Positions 19,079-25,980 of a stretch of 25,980 nt of DNA are shown piece after piece. Below the pieces are notes generated by a model. It had not been told where the DNA came from and did not search any database. It was given only the letters and a program-made list of their open reading frames with translations. Position 1 is the first letter of the stretch; each line of letters starts with the position of its first letter. The stretch is from a virus (lineage: Duplodnaviria; Caudoviricetes): IMG/VR virus record IMGVR_UViG_3300048670_000210, positions 1 to 25,980 of that record. The stretch is one strand, 5' to 3'. The translations under genes were made by a program, and so were the position numbers.

Positions 19079-20711
19079 TAAAGATTCTTATTTAGGAAAT
19101 CCAAACCTAAAGAAAACAAATACTCCAGTAAACTTTACTCAGGAGCAAATTGCAGAGTATGCCAGATGTATGAATGATCCGGTATACTTTATGAAAAATT
19201 ATATAAAAATTGTAAATCTTGATCGTGGTTTAATTAATTTTGAACCATACGAATTTCAAGAAGAAATGATACGGACTATAAAAAATAACCGTTTTGTTAT
19301 TGCTAAGATGCCTCGCCAATGTGGTAAATCGACTTGTGTTGTTTCTGATATCTGTCATGAAGCACTATTTAAACCTAATCAAAATATTGCCATTCTTGCA
19401 AATAAACAATCTATTGCCAAACTACATATGGATCGTTTAAAAACTGCTTATGAATATTTACCAAAATGGTTGCAACAAGGCGTAAAGGAATGGAATAAGT
19501 ATTCTATAGAATTTGAAAATGGCTCTAGAATTGTAGCATCTGCAACTTCTCCAAGTGCTATTCGTGGTGGTTCATTTAATTATATTCTTCTAGACGAATT
19601 TGCATTTATTCCAGATAATATTGCCGAAGACTTTTATAGTTCAGTATATCCAACAATTGCCTCCGGTACTACCACAAAATTAGTAATAATTTCAACACCA
19701 AATGGATTAAATTTATATTATAAAATTTGGACAGAAGCAACTGAAAATAGAAGTGATTTTAGATACGTTGATGTGCATTGGTCGGATGTTCCCGGAAGAG
19801 ATGAAGATTGGCGTGATCAGCAAATAAAAAATACTAGTGAAGAACAATTTAGAAAAGAACATGAATGTGAATTTATTGGTAGTACAAATACATTAATTAA
19901 TGCTAATAAATTAAGAAAATTAGTATTTAAAACTCCAATATATCAAAATGACGATGGTCTAAAAGTATATGAAAAACCTATTGTGGTTCCAGGTAAACCA
20001 GAACAAGATCATATGTATGTGATGTCTGTAGATACTTCTAGAGGAGTAGGTCAAGATTATCATGCATTTAATGTGATTGATATCACACAAATGCCATATA
20101 AAGTAGTAGCAACATTTAAAAATAATATAATGTCTCCACTTGTATACCCTAGTGCAATCATTCCTGTTGCCAAACAATATAACAATGCATATGTTTTAGT
20201 AGAAATCAACGATATAGGTGGACAAGTTGCCGATATTTTACATAATGAATTTGAATATGAAAATTTATTAGTATCAAGTATACGCGGCAGAAAGGGACAG
20301 ACTTTAGACGGTGGATTTGGTAAGGCAGAAATACAAAGAGGCATTAGAACCACAAAGGCTGTAAAGAAGCTAGGATGCTCTGTATTGAAGAGTATGATTG
20401 AATCTGATAAATTAATAGTTAATGACTATGAGACTATAAGAGAATTAGTTTCTTTTATTGCAAAAAGAGACAGTTACGAGGCAGAAGCAAATTATAATGA
20501 TGACTTAGTCGTATGCCTAGTACTCTTTGCTTGGTTATCTACTCAAAATTATTTTAAAGATTTAACAAATTTAGATATTCGACAAAGTTTATTTAATGAA
20601 AAATTAAAACAATTAGAAGATGAAATGTTGCCTCTCGGATTCTTGGACGATGGTACCTCTCTAGACAATGAAGGCGAAATTGATGATGAGGGCACCCTCT
20701 GGAAAGCATAA
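19068..20711 (+). CDS. gp17: Terminase large subunit
   Basis: YLGNPNLKK N-terminus, Walker A PRQCGKST, Walker B ILLDEFAF, motif III ISTPNG, nuclease motifs VDTSRG.G.DY and DDLV. Confidence 0.98.
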   Translation: MAHNKDSYLGNPNLKKTNTPVNFTQEQIAEYARCMNDPVYFMKNYIKIVNLDRGLINFEPYEFQEEMIRTIKNNRFVIAKMPRQCGKSTCVVSDICHEALFKPNQNIAILANKQSIAKLHMDRLKTAYEYLPKWLQQGVKEWNKYSIEFENGSRIVASATSPSAIRGGSFNYILLDEFAFIPDNIAEDFYSSVYPTIASGTTTKLVIISTPNGLNLYYKIWTEATENRSDFRYVDVHWSDVPGRDEDWRDQQIKNTSEEQFRKEHECEFIGSTNTLINANKLRKLVFKTPIYQNDDGLKVYEKPIVVPGKPEQDHMYVMSVDTSRGVGQDYHAFNVIDITQMPYKVVATFKNNIMSPLVYPSAIIPVAKQYNNAYVLVEINDIGGQVADILHNEFEYENLLVSSIRGRKGQTLDGGFGKAEIQRGIRTTKAVKKLGCSVLKSMIESDKLIVNDYETIRELVSFIAKRDSYEAEANYNDDLVVCLVLFAWLSTQNYFKDLTNLDIRQSLFNEKLKQLEDEMLPLGFLDDGTSLDNEGEIDDEGTLWKA

Positions 20712-20730
20712 AATTAAAAAATTCTAAAAA

Positions 20731-20738
20731 TATACATA
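20731..20738 (+). promoter_or_regulatory. Probable late-promoter variant TATACATA upstream of gp18
   Basis: One mismatch to TATAAATA, in the 108-nt gap before the sheath gene. Strong AAGGAG RBS at 20806-20811. Confidence 0.5.
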
Positions 20739-20819
20739 CTGATAGAAAAAATAGTGTAATTTGCGAATTGCTGTTTTCATAATGCTAAAGAATTAAGAAG
20801 AACCCAAGGAGATATAAAA

Positions 20820-22541
20820 ATGGCATTTCAATTGAGCCCCGGAGTAAATATAACAGAAAAAGATGTCACTTTAATAGTACCTGCTGTAGCAACAACCCCA
20901 GGTGGGATTGTTTCGCCATTCAATTGGGGACCAGCAGAGGAAGTTAATTTGATTGACAACGAAAAAACATTAGTCGATACCTATGGAACCCCAAAAAATT
21001 CAGATTATTATGCAAAATTTTGGTACTGTGCTGCCAATTTCTTAGCATATGGAAACAATTTAAAAGTAGTTCGTGTTGTCACTGCTGCAGATTTAAACGC
21101 AGTAAGTAGTGGTGCAGCTGTTCAAATTAAAAATTTACAAGATTATACAACAAATGGTGCAACAACTTTAAGTGGTAAGGGACCTTGGGCTGCAAAATAT
21201 CCAGGAGAATTAGGAAATAGCTTAAAGGTTGTTGTTCTTGATAATGAATCATCAGAAAATTATGGTGCTTCTTCTGCAACTGATGATTATGCAGATTGGA
21301 TGGATAACTTTGATAATGTTCCAGGAACATCTACCTTTGCAAATAATTTAGGTCTATCTGGTATCAATGACGAACTTCACGTTTTAGTAATTGATAAAGA
21401 TGGATTATGGACAGGAACTCCAGGTGCAGTTCTTGAAAAATTCTCATATCTATCAAAAGCATCAAATGGTGTAAAAGAAGACGGTACAACAAATTATTAC
21501 AAAGCAGTTATAAATAATGAATCAAAATATATTTGGTGGGTAAGCCATCCCCAAAGTAAAACTTGGGGAACAAACTTAACAACAACATCATCTGCATTTG
21601 GTGTATTATCAGGTGGATTACAAATTACAACATTAACAGGCGGTGCAAATCATCCATCAATCACAGATGCAGCAATAGCCGCATATTATGATACCTTCTT
21701 TGGCGATCCTGATGAAATTGATGTTTCTTTCTTTATTGCTGGTCCACTAGAAGCAACAGCAGCAAAAGAAGTAATAGAAACTGCAGAACAAAGAAAAGAT
21801 TGTATTGCTTTCGTATCCGCAAAAACAGTAGATGCAACTACAGCAATAACAACTAAACTAACAACTGCTTTACAATATAGAACAGCTTTAAATATATCAT
21901 CTTCATATGGTGTAATGGATAGTGGTAATAAATTACAATATGATAGATATAACGATATTTATCGATATATTCCACTATGTGCAGACGTTGCTGGTTGCTG
22001 CGTAAGAACTGATACAAATAGAGATCCTTGGTTCTCACCAGCAGGTGCAGATAGAGGTCGTATTTTAAATGCAGTTCGTTTAGCATATAATCCACCAAAA
22101 TCACATAGAGATGAATTATATAAGAAGGGAATCAATCCTGTAGTGTCTTTCGAAGGATCTGGCCCAATTCTTTATGGAGACAAAACACTATTAACAAAAC
22201 CAAGTGCATTTGATAGAATTAATGTTAGAAGACTCTTCATTGTTCTAGAAAAAGCAATAGCAACCGCTGCTAGAAATATACTCTTTGAATTTAACGATGA
22301 ATTCACTCGCTCACAATTTAGATTATTAGTTGAACCATTTTTAAGAAATGTTCAAGCAAGAAGAGGTATCACAGACTTTAGAGTGGTTTGTGATGAAACT
22401 AATAATACAGCACAAGTAATTGATTCTAACAATTTCGTGGCTGATATTTATATCAAACCAAATAGATCAATCAATTTTATTCAATTAAACTTTATTGCAA
22501 CTCCAACAGGATTAAGTTTTGAAGAGGTTTCTGGAGTCTAA
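20820..22541 (+). CDS. gp18: Contractile tail sheath protein
   Basis: FQLSPGV...E.D.T, F.WGP, AANFLAYGN.L.VVR, PWFSPAG..RG, LYGDKT....SAFDRINVRRLF and IYIKP.RSINFI.LNF.AT motifs. Confidence 0.98.
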   Translation: MAFQLSPGVNITEKDVTLIVPAVATTPGGIVSPFNWGPAEEVNLIDNEKTLVDTYGTPKNSDYYAKFWYCAANFLAYGNNLKVVRVVTAADLNAVSSGAAVQIKNLQDYTTNGATTLSGKGPWAAKYPGELGNSLKVVVLDNESSENYGASSATDDYADWMDNFDNVPGTSTFANNLGLSGINDELHVLVIDKDGLWTGTPGAVLEKFSYLSKASNGVKEDGTTNYYKAVINNESKYIWWVSHPQSKTWGTNLTTTSSAFGVLSGGLQITTLTGGANHPSITDAAIAAYYDTFFGDPDEIDVSFFIAGPLEATAAKEVIETAEQRKDCIAFVSAKTVDATTAITTKLTTALQYRTALNISSSYGVMDSGNKLQYDRYNDIYRYIPLCADVAGCCVRTDTNRDPWFSPAGADRGRILNAVRLAYNPPKSHRDELYKKGINPVVSFEGSGPILYGDKTLLTKPSAFDRINVRRLFIVLEKAIATAARNILFEFNDEFTRSQFRLLVEPFLRNVQARRGITDFRVVCDETNNTAQVIDSNNFVADIYIKPNRSINFIQLNFIATPTGLSFEEVSGV

Positions 22542-22549
22542 TATAAATA
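22542..22549 (+). promoter_or_regulatory. T4-type late promoter for gp19
   Basis: Exact intergenic TATAAATA, followed by GAGGA RBS (22555-22559) and the ATG at 22568. Confidence 0.8.
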
Positions 22550-22567
22550 CTAAAGAGGAAATAACAA

Positions 22568-23164
22568 ATGACAGACATTTCTAAATTCATCGGAACATTT
22601 GATGGCGGCGCAAGACCAAACCTATTTGAAGTATCTTTCAATATTGGTGGAAACATTGGCATACAAGTACCGGGTGGTCAACAAGACAATTTTAAAGTAT
22701 TTTGTAAGGCATCTTCAATTCCTTCTACAGTATTAGGAACAATCCCAGTAAATTTTATGGGTCGTGTTGTTAATATTCCTGGAGATAGAACATATGAAGA
22801 TTGGACTGTAACAATTATAAATGACGAACAAATGCAATACAGAAAGTTTTTTGAAGATTGGAATCATTTCTTTAATCAACAATTTGCAAATACTCCAAAA
22901 ACTGGTGCAGGTCAAGACCATATGGACGCATTATCACTAACAACTGCAACGGTAAAACAACTAAAGAGAGATCACACAGTTGCCAGAACTTACACATTAA
23001 GTCATATATGGTGTGAGAATGTTGCGGCTTTCGATGTTTCTTATGATACACCAGATACAATTTCAGAATTCCAAGTTACATTTAAGTATCATGGTCTCAC
23101 AATTACAGATGGAAATGCAACAGCAAATGCAAATCCAGGTTCACCAGCAAATCCAATTGCTTAA
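22568..23164 (+). CDS. gp19: Tail tube protein
   Basis: GGARPNLFEV, CKA.S.P...LG.I.V.F.GR...IPGDRTYE.WTVTIIND and I.EF.VTF.Y motifs. Confidence 0.96.
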   Translation: MTDISKFIGTFDGGARPNLFEVSFNIGGNIGIQVPGGQQDNFKVFCKASSIPSTVLGTIPVNFMGRVVNIPGDRTYEDWTVTIINDEQMQYRKFFEDWNHFFNQQFANTPKTGAGQDHMDALSLTTATVKQLKRDHTVARTYTLSHIWCENVAAFDVSYDTPDTISEFQVTFKYHGLTITDGNATANANPGSPANPIA

Positions 23165-23183
23165 TTTATGAAAGTTTTATATT

Positions 23184-24836
23184 ATGGCATTTAATTTTTT
23201 TGGTTTTCAGTTTGGTAAAGAAAAAGAAGATAAGCCACTATCATTTGCAGCCCCATTATCCGATGATGGGGCTGCTTATATAGAGGCAGGAGGTCTTCAA
23301 GGTTATTATGTTGATCTTGATGGATACCTTCGCTCAGATTCAGATTTAATAAAAAAATATAGGGAAATGAGTTTGCATGCTGATGTTGATATGGCAATTA
23401 CTGGTGTCATGAATGATTTTTTAACTCAAGATGCAAATGGTATTTTAGTTAAATTAAATACAGATAAATTAAATCTACCATACCCAATTCGTAAACTTAT
23501 GATTGAAGAATTTAATAATATTCTTCATTTATTAGATTTTAATCGTAAAGGATTTGAAATAATTAGACGTTGGTATATTGATGGTCGCTTATATTATCAT
23601 CAAATTTTACACGATGAACCATCTATGGGAATTAGAGAAATTCGTCAAGTAGATCCTTTAAAAATTAAAAAAGTAAAAGAAATAACAAAGAAAACAAAAT
23701 TAAATAATGTGGATATGATTACTGATTATGAAGAGTATTATGTATATACTCCTCAAGAAAAAACAAATTCATATACAAATTCTTATGAAGCAACTCAAGG
23801 ATTGAGAATTTCACCAGATGCAATAAATTATGTTCACTCTGGATTATATGATTCTGTTTCAAGAAGAATTGTTAGTCATTTACATAAAGCAATTAAGCCA
23901 CTCAATCAATTAAGAATGATTGAGGATGCTACAGTTATTTACCGCGTATCTAGAGCACCAGAACGCCGTGTATTTTACATAGACGTCGGCTCATTACCAA
24001 AGGTAAAGGCTGAACAATATCTACGTGATCAAATGAATCGCTATCGTAATAAAATAGTTTACGATGCAGGTACAGGCGAGATGCGTGATGATAAAAAGCA
24101 TATGTCTATGCTTGAAGATTTTTGGCTACCACGAAGAGAAGGCGGTAAAGGAACAGAAATTTCAACATTACCCGGTGGTCAAAATCTTGGCGAAATGGCA
24201 GACGTAGAATATTTCCAAAAGAAACTCTATATGTCATTGAATATTCCAATTACCCGTATGCAAGCGGATAATGGTTTTAATATGGGTAGATCTTCAGAAA
24301 TTACAAGAGACGAATTAAAATTTGCTAAATTTATTGACCGTATGCGTATGAAGTTTTCAGAATTATTTACTAATTTCTTGAGAACACAATTATTAGCAAA
24401 AGGTGTCATGAATGATTCTGATTGGAAAGGCATTGAGCAAGATTTAAAGATTGAATTTTCAACCGATACTTATTTTGCAGAATCAAAACAAACAGAATTA
24501 ATTAAAGAGCGAATGGGAGTATTAAGAGAAGTTGCGGATTATTCTGGTAAATTCTTTTCAGATAAATGGATTCGTAAAAATATTCTTCGTCAAACTGATG
24601 ATGAAATTGAAGAAATTGATCGTCAAATTGAAGAAGAGAAGGCAATACAAACTGCAGAAATTGAAGCACAATCCACTCAACAAGAAGTAGAGCAAGCAAC
24701 ACAACAAGCAACAATGGGTGCAGAAGGAGGAGAAGGTGGTGTACCTCCCCAAGAAGAAAGTTCTCCTAAATCTCAGCAACAAGAGAGCCAACAGCCAGTT
24801 ACTAGAAACATATATGATGTTAGCGATCTTTTATAA
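23184..24836 (+). CDS. gp20: Portal vertex protein
   Basis: RRWYIDGR, LHKAIKP.NQLRM.EDA.VIYR..RAPERRVFYIDVG.LPK.KAEQYL, MLEDFWLPRREGG.GTEI.TLPGGQNLG and EITRDELKF.KF motifs. Confidence 0.98.
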   Translation: MAFNFFGFQFGKEKEDKPLSFAAPLSDDGAAYIEAGGLQGYYVDLDGYLRSDSDLIKKYREMSLHADVDMAITGVMNDFLTQDANGILVKLNTDKLNLPYPIRKLMIEEFNNILHLLDFNRKGFEIIRRWYIDGRLYYHQILHDEPSMGIREIRQVDPLKIKKVKEITKKTKLNNVDMITDYEEYYVYTPQEKTNSYTNSYEATQGLRISPDAINYVHSGLYDSVSRRIVSHLHKAIKPLNQLRMIEDATVIYRVSRAPERRVFYIDVGSLPKVKAEQYLRDQMNRYRNKIVYDAGTGEMRDDKKHMSMLEDFWLPRREGGKGTEISTLPGGQNLGEMADVEYFQKKLYMSLNIPITRMQADNGFNMGRSSEITRDELKFAKFIDRMRMKFSELFTNFLRTQLLAKGVMNDSDWKGIEQDLKIEFSTDTYFAESKQTELIKERMGVLREVADYSGKFFSDKWIRKNILRQTDDEIEEIDRQIEEEKAIQTAEIEAQSTQQEVEQATQQATMGAEGGEGGVPPQEESSPKSQQQESQQPVTRNIYDVSDLL

Positions 24837-24839
24837 ATA
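24832..24839 (+). promoter_or_regulatory. T4-type late promoter overlapping the gp20 stop codon
   Basis: Exact TATAAATA; AGGAG RBS at 24850-24854 before the ATG at 24861. Confidence 0.75.
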
Positions 24840-24860
24840 TTCATAAAATAGGAGAATTTT

Positions 24861-25367
24861 ATGTCAGCAGCGTATTACGATTTTTATGCAGAAGAAGGAT
24901 CATCCTTTGTTATTAAAATAAACATGTTGGATAAATATAGCCAACAAATTTGTCTTTTTAAAGGAGCAGAAAGTGACACTCCTCCAGTTTATATGGATAT
25001 TCCTGCAGAATTGGCTGCTATTAATTATGCAAAAATTTTTAAAATAGTTGGAACAATGACAGTAAGACCAGCACTTGTTGGTGCTAGCAGTACAGCCGAT
25101 CAATTACAGTTTAAGGGAGATTCAAGTAATAGTGTTTTTTCTGGCACAGTTGGTCAACTTATTTTTAAACGTAAAGGTGATGATCATAATTTAGTTATTT
25201 ACTATCCAAATATAGAAATAAATCCCGGAACATATTTTTATGATTTTGAGATGGAATATACCGAAGGAATATTAAATGGTACATCTGTAATTGAAAAACA
25301 AAATGGTAGAAAAAATACTTTAAGAGTATTACAAGGCAGGTTTATAATTATTCCAAAGGTTAAATAA
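24861..25367 (+). CDS. Putative virion beta-sandwich protein (BppU-N / LtfC-like adaptor type)
   Basis: N-terminal YDF..E.GSSF and C-terminal G.Y.YD.E...RVLQG...I.P.V match small Ig-like structural proteins of myoviruses. It has its own late promoter and RBS. Confidence 0.6.
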   Translation: MSAAYYDFYAEEGSSFVIKINMLDKYSQQICLFKGAESDTPPVYMDIPAELAAINYAKIFKIVGTMTVRPALVGASSTADQLQFKGDSSNSVFSGTVGQLIFKRKGDDHNLVIYYPNIEINPGTYFYDFEMEYTEGILNGTSVIEKQNGRKNTLRVLQGRFIIIPKVK

Positions 25368-25368
25368 T

Positions 25369-25596
25369 ATGGAAATGGTTATATACACCACAAATAATTT
25401 TTCAATAAAAAATATAACAGAAAATCATATTGAAATAATAAATTATGGATTTAATCATGCATTTAATTTAAAATTATATGAAATAAATTATGATCATGTC
25501 GTAAAATATCCAAATATAAATTCATTAAATTTAAATAATTATTCTGTTTGTGATGATGTCTTTAGTCTTTCCGATATAACAAATAAATGCGGTTAA
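25369..25596 (+). CDS. Hypothetical protein (75 aa), Asn-rich, with C-terminal CDDVFS...KCG
   Basis: Starts 1 nt after the upstream stop, with AAGGT shortly upstream, and fills the gap between neighbours. No recognisable family. Confidence 0.6.
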   Translation: MEMVIYTTNNFSIKNITENHIEIINYGFNHAFNLKLYEINYDHVVKYPNINSLNLNNYSVCDDVFSLSDITNKCG

Positions 25597-25602
25597 CATT
25601 TT

Positions 25603-25980
25603 ATGAAAATTCAATCATCGAAAGGTATGCTTCTATATATTGCTGGCCAAAAGCCAAGAAGATTAGAAGAAAATACAATTAAAAATATTTTAACTTTATA
25701 TGATACAGAATTTTTATACAATCCAACAAATTTATCAAAAGAATTAGTTAATAAAGTAGAACAAAGTTATGGAGTTATAACATTATCTCCACAGGTTGCA
25801 TTGTGTGATGATTTATTTTCTGTAAAAACAGAAGATATTGAATGTGAACCAGAATGTTTATATTGTGATTGTCCCCAATCATCAAGTAGTAGCAGTTCTA
25901 CAAGTACGTGTGGAGCAGTAGATAACGATACACAAAATTGCTCATGTAATGGTTCAGCAAGTGGTGTATCAAGTGGACGA
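25603..25980 (+). CDS. 3'-partial Cys/Ser-rich hypothetical protein (absent from the ORF track)
   Basis: Open from the ATG at 25603 to the window end for 126 codons: MKIQSSKGMLLYIAGQKPRR...ALCDDLFSVKTEDIECEPECLYCDCPQSSSSSSSTSTCGAVDNDTQNCSCNGSASGVSSGR. Confidence 0.75.
   Translation, partial: MKIQSSKGMLLYIAGQKPRRLEENTIKNILTLYDTEFLYNPTNLSKELVNKVEQSYGVITLSPQVALCDDLFSVKTEDIECEPECLYCDCPQSSSSSSSTSTCGAVDNDTQNCSCNGSASGVSSGR

Noticed and set aside
19068-24836. Intein, intron or homing endonuclease in terminase, sheath or portal
   Set aside because: Gene lengths are normal, motifs are contiguous, and no splicing or endonuclease motifs are visible.
1055-25103. All minus-strand ORFs of 60-104 aa in the ORF track
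   Set aside because: Each lies antisense to a well-supported + strand gene, has no recognisable motif, and looks like a shadow ORF.
1-25980. Alternative genetic code (no called gene ends in TAG)
   Set aside because: All conserved genes translate full length under the standard code with no internal TAG. The absence of TAG stops in under 20 AT-rich genes is not evidence of recoding.
1-25980. CRISPR arrays, tRNAs, DGR template/variable repeats, invertible segments, intrinsic terminators
   Set aside because: Intergenic space is minimal. By eye I found no spaced direct repeats, cloverleafs, long DNA duplications, or GC-rich hairpins with a U-tract. Subtle repeats could have been missed without computation.

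Overview
AT-rich, gene-dense segment of a T4-like myovirus, with all genes on the + strand. It holds the late virion-morphogenesis cluster in cyanomyovirus-type order: gp7 (5'-truncated), gp8, a VrlC/DUF4815-type baseplate protein split into two ORFs, a small conserved ORF, a 1402-aa fibre, a small helical ORF, then gp13, gp14, gp15 (plus a probable split-off C-terminal ORF), gp16, gp17, gp18, gp19 and gp20. After the portal, the expected gp67/68-gp21-gp22-gp23 head genes do not follow within the window. In their place, a late promoter precedes a beta-sandwich ORF, a small ORF and a Cys/Ser-rich partial ORF. Main highlights: a tandem dockerin-like Ca2+-binding module inserted in gp7, an RBS-sequestering hairpin with a late promoter in its loop before gp13, two apparent gene fissions, and the post-portal cassette. 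All family calls come from recalled motifs and synteny; no database searches were run.
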